Shown here: positions 14,136 through 26,888 of the stretch, piece by piece
Position numbering within the stretch: position 1 is the first letter of the stretch
How the letters are laid out: each line of letters starts with the position of its first letter
Origin: Eledone cirrhosa
Lineage: Eukaryota
Assembly: GCA_964016885.1 (NCBI GenBank)
Contig: OZ024743.1
Coordinates: forward strand, 365,924,001 to 365,988,000
Direction of reading: 5' to 3'
Length of the DNA stretch: 64,000 nucleotides
Notes under the pieces: model-generated
Database searches by the model: none
What the model was told of the DNA's origin: nothing
Seen by the model: only the letters and a program-made list of their open reading frames with translations
Made by a program: the position numbers and the translations under genes

Positions 14136-14468
14136 GCAAGTTTGAAGAATTATTAGATCAAATATACACAGTCTTTCCTCTCCCTAGTCCGTAGAAATCA
14201 ACCACATAAATAATCATTTAAACGAGGCTATAAGTTTAAAATGTAACCATGAAGAAACTATTATTCCTTCATGGTTACATTTTAAACTTATAGCCTCGTT
14301 TACATGATTATTTATGTGGTTGATTCCTACGGACTAGGGAGAGGAAAGACTGTGTATATTTTATCTAATAATTCTTCAAACTTGCAATTTTATATATAGC
14401 TCTGATTAATAATTATTTGCTTAATTAAATTTTTCATTGAGCCACACCGGGAAAGGTAACCACACTCA
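14124..14468 (+). mobile_element. Fold-back element in (TA)n: ~130-bp inverted arms plus unique 3' tail
   Basis: 14124-14254 is the reverse complement of 14267-14398 with few mismatches. Confidence 0.7.
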
Positions 14469-14514
14469 TATATGTATCTGTGACTATGTCTAAATATATA
14501 CATATATCTCTATG

Positions 14515-14603
<89 letters not shown>

Positions 14604-14619
14604 AATGAAGTAATTCCGT

Positions 14620-15505
14620 CGGAAAAGTCCAGGAAAAAAGAGTGATCTATGTAGGTAACAGAGCTTAATATCACTATAGATACGAACCTTACCAATGCTA
14701 ACTTTCTTGATATTAATCTTGATCTACTTACCGCCTCTTTTAAACCCTATCATAAACCTAATGAAAATCTTAGGTATATACACAAAGTTTTTAATAATCT
14801 TATTCCTAACATTAGCCGTAGGATTTCTACCTTATCTTCGTCTATAGACATTTTTAATAAAGCCACCCCTTATTATAATAAATCCCTGAAGAACAGCGGT
14901 TTTACAGAAAAAAAAATTTATTTTACAGAAAAAAAAAGATATTTAATAGGAACGTAGTTAAGATCAGTTACTCTTGTTGCCCATCTATGAAGTCTAAGAT
15001 CACTAGTTCAAATCATACGAGAACAAATCCAGGATGCAGTTGCAGGAAGCTGGATGAATGCCAATTGCAGGGTAAATGTAACACCAAATCTGTTGTTTAT
15101 GAAGCTAAAATAACACCGGTAATCAACAACCAGCCAGCCAGGAGTGAGCGATATGTCGGTATGACCCAGGACAGGTTTAAAACCAGATTTTACTAACATG
15201 TCGCTTCTTTTAAACACTCCGATAAACGAACATCAACGGCCCTCGCAAGTAAGGTGTGGGAATTTAAGGATAGTAACATTCCGTACTCTATCGATTGGTC
15301 TATCTTAGACCATTCGAGGGAGTACCAAAGGGGCACAAAGAATTGTTCTTTGTGTACCACAGAAAACTATAGGATTTTGCTAAACTTGAGAGCCACTTCT
15401 GCTTGCCTAAACTCAAAAACTGAGACCTTCAGATGTTGTCCTCATCTGAAATCACATCTGATCTGTAACTGGATTGACACTCCTATGATAAATCAACCGC
15501 CTTGA
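14620..15505 (+). pseudogene. Penelope-like element remnant (RT C-terminus + GIY-YIG)
   Basis: NFLDINLDLLTASFKPYHKPNENLRY; GCSCRKLDEC; VVYEAK..YVGMT..FKTRF; CSLC; CPH; stops and deletions. Confidence 0.85.
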
Positions 15506-15754
15506 ACTTCTCTGCTCTTTACTTCTACTACGGTTTTTTTTATTTACTGAATCCACGTTCTGTACTCTTGTATTCTTTTTCTCCCTTATCTCTCCTTATA
15601 TTTCACATTTTCCTATGTCTTCCCCCCCCCCTATATATTCTTTTTGCCTTACCCTTCACATACCAAAATGTATGTGTATGTATGTGTATGTGTATATGTA
15701 TATATATATATGTGTGTGTATATATATGTATATATAGATAGACCAGGTTTTTTT

Positions 15755-15809
15755 CATTCTGAGGATTGAAGGCAAAATTTGTTTGCTTTTAAGAAACCAC
15801 TGGTGAATG
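15755..15809 (+). ncRNA. Hammerhead motif with G at the cleavage position (probably inactive)
   Basis: catt-CTGAGGA-ttgaaggcaaa..tttgcttttaa-GAAAC cactg GTG-aatg. Confidence 0.7.
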
Positions 15810-15909
15810 GAATAATTGCCTTATGTTGTTTATTACATTACTACTATATATATGTATATATAAGGTTCATATGAATTATCTAAGATTGAGTTTTACACAC
15901 ACACATATA

Positions 15910-16011
<102 letters not shown>

Positions 16012-16159
16012 GTTTGTATTTGGTTGTGCGTGTTTGTGATATGTACGTATTTGTATGTGTATAATTGTATAGCTATGTATGTATGTGTGTGTGTATGTAT
16101 ATATACATATATATGTGTGTGTATGCGTGTGTGTATTTATATATATATATATATAAATA

Positions 16160-16242
<83 letters not shown>

Positions 16243-16433
16243 ATATATGTGTGTGTGTGTGTGCGTGTTTGTGTATGTATTTGTGTATGTGTATGTATGT
16301 GTTTATGTATTTGTATATGTATATTTATGTGTGAGAGTGTGTGTATGTATGTACGTGTGTATATAGGTATGATTGTGTGCATGTATGTATGTATGTATAT
16401 GTATGTGTGTATGGCTATGTATGTGTATGCATG

Positions 16434-16494
<61 letters not shown>

Positions 16495-16652
16495 GTGTGT
16501 ATATATGTGTGTGTGGTTGTATATATCTATGTGTTGTATGGATGTGTTGATATTTATCTGCGTATGTATGTATGTGTATATGTAAGTGTATGTGTGTATT
16601 TATATACACATATATATGTGTATATGTGTGTGTGTATGTATGAGTGTATGTG

Positions 16653-16701
<49 letters not shown>

Positions 16702-16854
16702 ATGCTTTTGTGTGTGTGTGTGTGTGTGTTTGTGTGTTTTCATGTGTGGTTTTATTTTATTTTTCCTTTCCTTCTTCTTTCTCCAGCCTCACTTTCATAT
16801 AGATTGCATTTTTGTTTTTAAAATCCAAATTCAATAAACAGACCAGGATTTTTT

Positions 16855-16908
16855 CATTCTGAGGATTGAAAGCAAAGTTTTTTGCTTTTAAGAAACCACT
16901 GGTAAATG
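16855..16908 (+). ncRNA. Type I hammerhead ribozyme, intact core
   Basis: catt-CTGAGGA-ttgaaagcaaa..tttgcttttaa-GAAAC cactg GTA-aatg; direct repeat of the 15755 copy, 1100 bp apart. Confidence 0.85.
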
Positions 16909-16936
16909 GAATAATTGCCTTATGTTGTTTATTACA

Positions 16937-17001
<65 letters not shown>

Positions 17002-17034
17002 ATATATATATATATATTGATATATATATATATC

Positions 17035-17460
17035 ACCACAGAGGCCTTCTCGATTGAGGATGAGGGCGTCGGCTAGCGGCATCCGCTTTGCTTTCGTGAT
17101 TTGAGCGGTATCTTCCGGAGCCGCTTGAGCCGAGCGATTTTGACCTGCGAGGCATCATACAAGTTCACTGTCTCATCTGGTGGTATAGTGGACGGCCGCA
17201 GCTGTACTAATGGCGGTGGGAGGCACAGTTTCTTCATCTCCATGCTGTAGGGCACTGGAAGCTCATCGCATCTGGCGAACACAAGAAAAGTGGTGGAAAC
17301 ATCCGCACCTCAAAAGGTTCCGACCTTTCTTCCGCTTGTTCGTGGTGGTGCATGTACTGCAGGTGTCACCTGGTAGGATGGAGGGTGGAGCATGGAGCCG
17401 GGGACGGGAGCACTAAGCGGCAACATGGGTGTGTGGCTGATTGTCTCCAGTCAGGTTGCT
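17035..17460 (-). pseudogene. GC-rich decayed coding fragment, possibly a CRE-type LINE N-terminus
   Basis: Minus-strand translation CSTC..CGCFHHFSC (PHD-like) and RLKRLRKIPLKSR..PLADAL across frameshifts. Confidence 0.3.
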
Positions 17461-18010
17461 TAGCTCAACGGTGAGTGGGTAAATGGTAGAAACTGGAATC
17501 ATGAGGTAAGCAGGCTGATGATATGAAGGAGGCAGCCTGTTATTTAAAAATAAATGGCTTCCTCCACAGGTTGATTTGAGATTTTTAGAAAAATACGCGA
17601 GTGTTCTTCAAGTGCAGGTAATTTCGAATTTAGCTATAAATATACAAAACCTCTAGATAATGTAAAGGGTAGATAATGTGGGGTGGGTAACTATAAAATA
17701 TCCCCCAAAGGTGGGGAAGTTGATAATACAAAGAAATTAAATTCCTTGAAATTAAAATTATACCATTTTCTCAGAATGAATATCGCTTCGTGTGGACAGC
17801 CATTAAAGCACTCAACATATTATTTAAGCAGTGTTTCACTGAAGCCAGTTGTGAATGTATAGTCCAATTTTCCGAGTTACACAGCCGGCAAAATATCGTC
17901 CCATTAACATAACATAGGGAGTGATTTTTTCTAATATTCTCCATTTAACGGAAAAAGGTGTGTCGATATATATATATATGTTTGAGAGAGAGAGAGTGTG
18001 TGTCGCTCTT

Positions 18011-18050
<40 letters not shown>

Positions 18051-18085
18051 ACACACATACATACATATACGCATGCATACATACA

Positions 18086-18147
<62 letters not shown>

Positions 18148-18162
18148 TACATACATACATAC

Positions 18163-18242
<80 letters not shown>

Positions 18243-18246
<4 letters not shown>

Positions 18247-19319
18247 AATTAGTATATCTACTAACATATATATACAGATGCATACCTATGCCAGCAAATA
18301 TATAGGTTTTGTCTTAGTAACTTTGTGGTTCAATGCATGGGGATGCAGAACAATAATATGAAAGACGTAAAATAAGAAAATTATAAAAATTTAATTACTT
18401 ACTAAAATTTCACTCCAACTAATTAGTTTCTGAAAGGGAATAAACATGGTTTCGAAGAAACGCACAGAGAAGTCCTTTCGTCATCAGGGAAGTCTATTCT
18501 CAGCTAAGTTTCCAGGCAATGCGTGGGCACAGGGAACTTACACAAAAATAATTCAGTGGATGGAAAAAAGCAAAGCGTGGACTAAGTTCCAAGACATTGA
18601 AAAAATCACTGCCTACTGGGTCGGTGGCAAATTCAAAAGAATCAATCATATGACATCGAGGTTAATCAGTGAGGAGTGGTTTGTTAAGAAGACAGCAGCC
18701 GAACCATTACTATGAACTATAGTAGCAGTTTTGGCAAATTTTGGCACAACAAAATAATTTGGAGATAATTACAAAGAATTAGTATATCTACTAACATATA
18801 TATACAGATGCATACCTATGCCAGCAAATATATAGGTTTTGTCTATAGTTCATAGTAATGGTTCGGCTGCTGTCTTCTTAACAAACCACTCCTCACTGAT
18901 TAACCTCGATGTCACGTGATTGATTCTTTTGAATTTGCCACCGACCCAGTAGGCATTGATTTTTTCAATGTCTTGGAACTTAGTCCACGCTTTGCTTTTT
19001 TCCATCCACTGAATTATTTTTGTGTAAGTTCCCTGTGCCTACGCATTGCCTGGAAACTTAGCTGAGAATAGACTTCCCTGATGACGACAGGACTTCTCCG
19101 TGCGTTTCTTCGGAAACCATGTTTATTCCCTTTCAGAAACTAATTAGTTGGAGTGAAATTTTAGTAAGTAAGTTAATTTTTATAATTTTCTTATTTTACG
19201 TCTTTCATATTATTGTTCTGCATCCCCATGCATTGAACCACAAAGTTACTAAGACAAAACCTATATATTTGCTGGCATAGGTATGCATCTGTATATATAT
19301 GTTAGTAGATATACTAATT

Positions 19320-19323
<4 letters not shown>
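18243..19323. mobile_element. 1.08-kb fold-back element with 480-bp inverted arms and a 530-bp tandem period; hammerhead-like cores in both arms
   Basis: 18243-18722 inverted at 18843-19323; 18243-18314 directly repeated at 18773-18844; CTGATGA-cga..tcg-GAAAC cat GTT at 19078-19123 (+) and 18443-18487 (-); stem I not evident. Confidence 0.8.
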
Positions 19324-19365
<42 letters not shown>

Positions 19366-19575
19366 TATAAGAAACGGAGAATCAGTGTTGCGACGAATAC
19401 AATTCATTAGATATATTACAATCATTTCTCTGGCGACCAGCTCGAGGCACGATCGATGTAATGATCGAACCTGACTCTGAAATCGCAAGGTCCTTAGATA
19501 CGTCTCGATTCTACGAAGCAGAGTTTCCAAATGTCCAGTTACATCCGCGGCCTTCACTCAGCCTCTTAGCTCCTG

Positions 19576-19638
<63 letters not shown>

Positions 19639-20224
19639 TCTTGTCTGATGGCCCTGTGAAAACAGACGAATCTCTAGTGTAACAAGACTCAAACTTAGCC
19701 ATAACAAATATATATACATACATACATGCGTATATACATATATGTGTGAATGTCTATGTTTAAATGTGCTTGTGTGCATGAGTGAAGGCGAGGGGTATAT
19801 AGCGTGGGTTGTTAGGTGATTGGTGGTGTGCGAGAGCCTTTAGTTGTTAAAATCCGAAAATGGATTTTGTATATTTTAAAACAAGTTGGAGTGAAATATT
19901 CTTTCATAGAAACACGCACGAATATCTCAACAAATTAATCATGAAAGCTCTATTGACCAGGAAAACATTATTGATCCCTCTTTACCTCTTCCCTCCCCTT
20001 CTAGTATGTATCAATCTATCTGCCAGTCTATTCAATTATCTACCTTTCACTACCATCACTACCCCCGTTTCTCTTTCTTTATACTTTAATCTACGCCTTC
20101 TTTCTTCTTTTCTCGCTCTTTTAACGAGAAAAGTAAAATGACTATCATGTTTTAATGTAAGCAAAATACTAGAATGGAGATTGGTAGGGTGGCTAGCGGG
20201 AGCTCTTGTATTTATTTATGTTTA

Positions 20225-20485
20225 ACTCTCTCTCTCACACTCTCTCTTTCACTCTTTCTCTCTCATCCCCTCTCTCACTTCTCTCTCTCTCTCTTTCACT
20301 CCCTCACCTCTCTCTCTCTTTCACTCTCTCTCAACCCCTCTCTCACATTTCACTCTCTCTCACCTCTCATCTCTCTCTTTCACTCCCTGACCTCTCTCTT
20401 TCACTCTCTCTCACCCTTCTCCTTTTTTTCTCTCTCTCTCACTTCTCTCTGTCTTTCACTCTCTCTTTTCCCCTCTCTCTATTTC
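20225..20485. repeat. CT-rich low-complexity minisatellite
   Basis: Repeated ctttcactctctc-like units. Confidence 0.85.
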
Positions 20486-20698
20486 AAAGTTAACATCTCA
20501 GTTATACCGTTGTCAATTAAGTACGGCTAATCACATAAACATGCCAACACATCATCTTTTGCCGTGCATAGATACACATACACATTCAAGTTTTCTATAT
20601 CTATCTCGATATATCCATCTCTCTATCCATATATTTCTCTCTTCATATATCAATTTTTATTTTTATCGTTCTCCCTTTCTCTTTCCATCTCGCTCATT

Positions 20699-20734
<36 letters not shown>

Positions 20735-20753
20735 ATCCCCCCTCTCTCACTCG

Positions 20754-20809
<56 letters not shown>

Positions 20810-20967
20810 GTATCCCTCTCTAAATCTTATTATTACTTTTATCCTTATTATGTAAGTTTTATTAAAAGAAGCAATTAAAAAGGGAAAAATAAACAAGACA
20901 TTCAATCTCACGTGTTTGCGTGACAACGAAATGCAATATTGAATACACACACACCTACGTAGCATCC

Positions 20968-21040
<73 letters not shown>

Positions 21041-21419
21041 AGAATGTGTGTGTGTGTGTGCAGGGACTATAAGAGGGAAGGATCATCCGGTAATCAGGTC
21101 TGGGACCGGGTTAGTCAAAAGGAGTCCATAAATGTTTGATATCCACATTTAAATAAAACCTCTAAAGACCCATTAAATCTTGAGAAGTCTTCCCTTCAGC
21201 AAAATCTCCGCTTGGTAAACTCTTTTCTCGGATGATCTGTGTGCGTAAGTATATATATGCACGTGTTCCTGTATGTCTGCGTGTATGTGTGTGTGTCTGT
21301 GTGTTTAATTTATTTAACTATTTTTATAGGTTTCAACTATTATTTATATTAATTTGCATTGCAACTAACATATTTTCAAATAGCACAGCCTCTTACATGC
21401 CCGTGTACCCTTAGTCTAT

Positions 21420-21585
21420 TTCTCAATGATATTCCCTGTGACACAGTGTGTGATATGGCTGGCCCTTTGAATTACAGGTACAATTTTTGCAAGTGATGCA
21501 GACGGGAGAAACGATGAATAAAGTGCTTTGTTCAAGGATACATGGCACTGCCTTGAATCGAACTCACGACTAAACACGTTATCAC
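21420..21585 (-). mobile_element. tRNA-derived SINE (family 1), diverged
   Basis: ggccctttgaattacaggtacaa..aataaagtg..tcaagga..aatcgaactc, similar to 26171-26455. Confidence 0.65.
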
Positions 21586-21597
21586 TGCATCACGCTC

Positions 21598-22320
21598 TTT
21601 CAAACGTCCATAAAAGATAGAGCAGTCCACTGAGAAGTTTGCACATGTACGCTTGAGAAAAACACAGACTATAGAGATGATACGCCACACTAAAAGCCTA
21701 TGTTGGAGTTTTGACAAGCTTATAACATCCAAAATTGAGCGATAGGTCCATGCAATCTGGGAAGAAAAAATACCCACCTACTGTTCAAAAGAAAACGTGA
21801 TCAGCTTACAAGAGATGTAGTCTGTGCATAACAAAGACCGAAGAAGATAGCCCCATTGCTGCTAACTGCGAAAAAATGTCTTCTCGTTATTGTCTTCCTA
21901 CGTGTGAGCAAAAGCAATCTGAAATGGACGACGGAAGACAAAAATAAGAACAAATAGAGATAAATATATTGAAACTGAAAAATACAAGAGAAACGGATAT
22001 TTATGAACTATTGACGAAGAGTTTGCAGATCCAGTACCCAAAATGTTTGTTTAGTTTTATACCTATTACCATTGAAGCTATAGTAAGCATCCAATCCCGC
22101 CAGGAACAAAGTATGGTGGAACGTGATTTCTTAGAAAAATAACACAGCTCCTTAATGCATATGTTACAAATAGCCTCCATATCTGGAACCGTCAGAATCT
22201 GTAAAACATTCTTAAATTTCAAAGACTGAACGATTGTATGAGGGTCGATGAAATTTACTTTTCGTTACAACCTTACCACCGGCTCGGCAAAAATAAATTA
22301 GAAATGAATAAAAAGAGACA
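21598..22320 (+). mobile_element. Old, decayed R4/Dong-like 3' fragment related to family A
   Basis: Degenerate match to KIDQFTEK..TQTIE..KSL and GTVRICKTFLNFK; similar 3' UTR followed by (CATA). Confidence 0.75.
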
Positions 22321-22360
22321 TACATGCATACATACATACACACACACATGCGCGCGCGCA

Positions 22361-22424
<64 letters not shown>

Positions 22425-23329
22425 TACTTACATAAACAAACACATACAGGCAGGCAAATAGACAGACATATGAAAAAAATGGAAAAAAATCACAGCAAGT
22501 TTGGTATTAATAACTGACAAAGATTCATTCTAAAAGGTAGATATACTGTCTAGTCAATTAACACATATGAAGCTACTATTTTAAGTTATGAAGTTAAGGT
22601 CTGACCGGTGAGAACTTGTTCTGTAAATACTTATTGGAGACAGAAAAGCCGGCGACTGGCTGGTACCAATAGGAAATATACGTAACGTACTTATATACAT
22701 ACAGATAGACATATATACATACATACATATATACATACATACATAAAGGATATATATATATACATATATAAGATTTGATTGTTTTATATTTTGTATATAT
22801 ACATATATACAGTTATATAAAATATAAACACACACATATATGTATATAAATACACACACAAATATACATATATATATGTGTGTATGTGTATGTGAGTGTG
22901 GGTGTGAGAGAGAGAGAGAGAGGGAGAGAGAGAGAGAGATCGTCTACGTGTGTGTGATGTGTATGTGGAAACATCTGCATATTCATATCCATATATGTAT
23001 ATCTGCTAGAGACGGCCTGAGCAGTACCTCACCACAACTTTCCCAGAAAGAGGGGGCAGATAGAGATGTAAAACCCCGACGGCGGCACCAGGCGGTTTCG
23101 GCTTTTGTGTTCAGAAAGCCTTTCAAGAGTGTAGTAATATTTGTAGGGTGTGATAAAATAGGTCGCTAGCCTTGGTTGTGCTTTGGTATAATTTATCGTA
23201 GTAAAACTACTACACCCGCACTGCATCTCCCCATGTATTGAGTACACCCAATATTAATCGCCCCCCCCCCGGTCTCAACACCGCAGTCTCTCTCTCCCTC
23301 TCTCTCCCTCTCTCTCTCTCTCTCTCTCC

Positions 23330-23397
<68 letters not shown>

Positions 23398-23402
<5 letters not shown>

Positions 23403-23571
23403 AACGAGTTGGACCCCGACGGCTGAGCTCAAAAAGTCCAGAATTAGCCGTCGAAACGGCTTGAGCTCAGCCGTCGGGGTCCAGCTCGTTCCTATTACCC
23501 ACTCTACTACCCTAAGTATTGAGTACTTTGGTGCGTTATGGTCCACCTGGTTCCTTACCACATTTCTTCCG

Positions 23572-23573
<2 letters not shown>
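23398..23573 (+). mobile_element. Hairpin-headed mini element in (TA)n carrying the 3' half of a hammerhead
   Basis: Near-identical to 45715-45914; GAAAC ggct tgagctc agcc GTC gggg; gtattgagtac at 23516. Confidence 0.75.
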
Positions 23574-23625
<52 letters not shown>

Positions 23626-24159
23626 TGTTATACTTTGGGAGGGTCATGTTGCCAATATTTCAACACACGATTTCAGATAAAGAATCTTGCTAAACAAATT
23701 CAGAAACGAAATATATACACATATGTATATATATACTCTCAGGTCTTGAATAATCGTTCCCTCCACTGCTTATTAATTTTCAGATTTTTCCAGCCTACGC
23801 TGTTTATTAAATTTTGCTAATCTATCTCCAGTGAAATTTTATTGTAAGTGATTCATATCGATACAGCATCTGGAGAATCTAGCAATAATTTTATTTTACA
23901 TTAAAAAAACATTATACTTTATATATAACAAAAAAAGAACATTACAAGAAATACCATATTTACGAACGTGTACTATACAATTGCCGATTTCCCTATACCC
24001 CCACCACGACCACCACCGTTTATTCCACACCACCCCCACTTATAAGGATTTAAGCAACAACCTTCCGCTTATTCCAACACCCCTATTATTTGGGGCCCGA
24101 GCGCGCGTGTGTGTGTGTAATTAAAAATAAGTAGAAACGAGGTGTCAGAGTATCATCAT

Positions 24160-26105
24160 TAAGTCTATTCTGGTGTGACGCGCGTGTCGCTATTGAACAA
24201 CTCAAGGTTCGATCTGTATCGATCGTAACGATTCTGTAATTAAAAGCTCATCAGACATTTGGTTCGTTAATGATGGGAGATATCCGCGTACAGCTTTAAA
24301 AAAAAAAACATTTCTCATTCAGTTAGGGTATTCTGTCGTTCTTTGTTGGGGGGGAGATCGTGTTAAGATTCCGTTGCAGTCCCCCGCTTTAGACGGCCAC
24401 CGCTCTAAAGGTACCACCTTCGCTATTATTTACGTCCAGGACCACCAACACCAAAGTACCGTCCAAGCCTTTCCTAAACAACACTGCCACTCCACCTCCC
24501 GTTCCCGGCCAACTAAGAGATGCGAAGATCTGAAAATCGTCGAAAATGTGGGCTTGTTCGCGTGTGTCGGAAATGCTGGTTTCGGTGACGGCAAACACAT
24601 CTATATCTAGTGACCTGAGGTTGCTCAGCAAGCGACCCTACTTCCAGGACGACCCCAGGCCACGAACATTTAAACATCCTACTATTAGGATGGTCATGTC
24701 GGCAGGCTAAAGAAGAGGAAAGATTTACTTATCTCCCGAGAGCTTGTGGAGCTGGTGTTTCGACCTCCATATTTGTGCAATTTCTTTTAGGAACCCCTTA
24801 GCAGTCTGCTTGTTGCTCTCATATTCTGGTTTCCCACGTCTCGAGGAAAGCTCTCCCTAATCCATTTATAGGTGTCATTTGTACCAGAAACAAATCTTCT
24901 GGTAAGCGAAATGTGCTTGTGCCAAATATCTCCCCCTCTCTCTTGATTTCTTGTCTTCATACTGTGAGGGCCATCAATTCCTCGCTGGCCCTTCTTACAA
25001 GCACAAAGTTTTGTGTGCTTTGTTGCTGCAGTTTTACTTGTTTGCGTTTGGGTGATTGTGGTGGTGATGATGGTGTTGTGGGTGTGGTGTCTGTGATTTC
25101 AGTTGTTTGTGTGTGTTTTTTGTACTTGTGTTTGATGTGGTTATTTGCGTTTCGGGGATTGTGTTGCTGGTGGTGGTGGCGTTGGTGTTCTCAGGCCCTC
25201 AGGCCTGATCTGGGGAAGTATCTCCAGGGTATTCTGGTTGCCTCGATTGGAACGGCATTTGTCCCCTTCACACCCACACATCCCAGGATCCACCACATAT
25301 CTAGTCCTGGTGGAATCCTTGGTATGTGGACTTTAACTGTTCTTTTTCCCATATGGAAGGGGTACATAATATCCTTGCTGGTTTTGCAAGGGGTTACTGG
25401 GTGTTTTATAGTGAGGGCTTCTGACTTAAACAGTACTGAGATGATGTCATATTGTCTGCCCCTCACTATGTATTCTTTGTCGTCTCTGATGCACCTCAGT
25501 GCAGCTTCGACTTCTGTCTGGGGAGTGTTGGTTGCATATTTTGTCTCTGCTGAGATGCATCTAATGACCACAGTTCTCCTCTCGAACGCTTCTATGGCCT
25601 CTGCCAGGACAATTAAGTTGACCCAGGTTTGCTCTTGTTTAATAAGCTTCCAGGCCTGGGCCAACTTTTCTCTTTTTGAGTGAGGTCCATGCTAAAGAGT
25701 TTTTCACTTTGTTTGCAGTACTGTTGCTTGTCACATTGTCATCGTTTCTGTTGTTCTTCTTGGTGGTGTTGTCGTTGGTGTTGTTGTTTCAGCTGGTGTT
25801 GGTGCTGGTGTTGTTGTCATTGTTGAAGTTGGTGTTCATTGTGTTGTTCTTTGTGCAGTTAATGTTGTTGTCGCTGTTACAGTTGGTGTTGGTGTTGTTG
25901 CTTTCACTTGTTTCCTTTTTCCTGCTGGTTGTTCATGTTGTTGGTTGTGTTGGATAATATTGGTTGTTAATGGTGTTATTATTATTGTCTGTTGTGCTGT
26001 TAGTAGTTACATTATCCATAATGGTGGTGCTGGTGGGGACGGTGTTTTTGTTCTCACCCTTTAAGCCGCTGTCATACGACAGCAGGCTCAAAGTTGGGGG
26101 ACGCC
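24160..26105 (-). mobile_element. L1/Tx1-like LINE 5' remnant (ORF1 + start of ORF2 APE endonuclease)
   Basis: From ATG at 24697: MTILIVGCLNVRGL..DVFAVTET, later GDCN. Upstream ORF 25191..25664 plus an N/T-rich region is consistent with ORF1. Confidence 0.75.
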
Positions 26106-26170
26106 ATGTTGTTTTGACGATAATTTTTAAAAATAAAGTTCAAATATTTGTTACGACGATGAGTGTTCCA

Positions 26171-26455
26171 GTTGAGCCGATCAATGGTGCAACCAGTTCG
26201 TGAAATTAATATACAAGTGGCTGAGCATTCCACAGACACGCGTAAACTTAAGGTAGTTCTCAGGAAGATTCAGCGTGAAGCAGAATGTGACAAGGCTGAC
26301 CTTTCGAATTACAAGTACAACTCATTTTTTCCAGTTGAGTGGAGCAGCGTGGAATAAAGTGTCTTGCTCAAGGACACAACGCGCCGCCGGAAATCGAACT
26401 CATGAACTTATGATTGTAAGCCGAATACCCTAACCACAAATTCACGCACCTTCAC
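26171..26455 (-). mobile_element. tRNA-derived SINE (family 1)
   Basis: Minus strand gtggttagggt (A-box-like), gagttcgatt (B-box-like), gtgtccttgagcaagacacttta. Confidence 0.8.
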
Positions 26456-26525
26456 ACATAGATACATACATACATACATACATACATACATACATACATA
26501 CATACATACATACATACATACATAC

Positions 26526-26851
26526 ATGATGGCTGCCAACTCGTTTTCGAGTACGGCCACCACTTTACATCCATGTAGGAGAACCCCTACCGATGCACTC
26601 TGGTACAAACACTACACTTGTGACAATTATTGACATAGTGCTGGGCCCATGGTACCATGTGACAACAAGTGCAGAGAGATCTCCAGATATAAAGCAATGC
26701 CTGTGCCGTGAAGCTTTTATAGTGAGCAAAGGCACTGCACAAAACCAGTCCCACTCTCTTAACCAAGATGATATTTACCAAAAAGAAGAACAAGTCAACA
26801 TCATTGGATACCATCAGGGTTGCAGGTGTTATATCAGAGTTTTCCTTCTCC
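26526..26851 (-). mobile_element. Non-autonomous RTE-derived element, truncated copy of 60563-61172
   Basis: Near-identical to 60563-60931; flanked by (TACA)n. Confidence 0.75.
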
Positions 26852-26888
26852 ATACATACATACATACATACATACATACATACATACA

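Noticed and set aside
24913-26203. Hydrophobic plus-strand ORFs resembling membrane proteins
   Set aside because: Antisense of the A/C-rich ORF1 region of the Tx1-like element.
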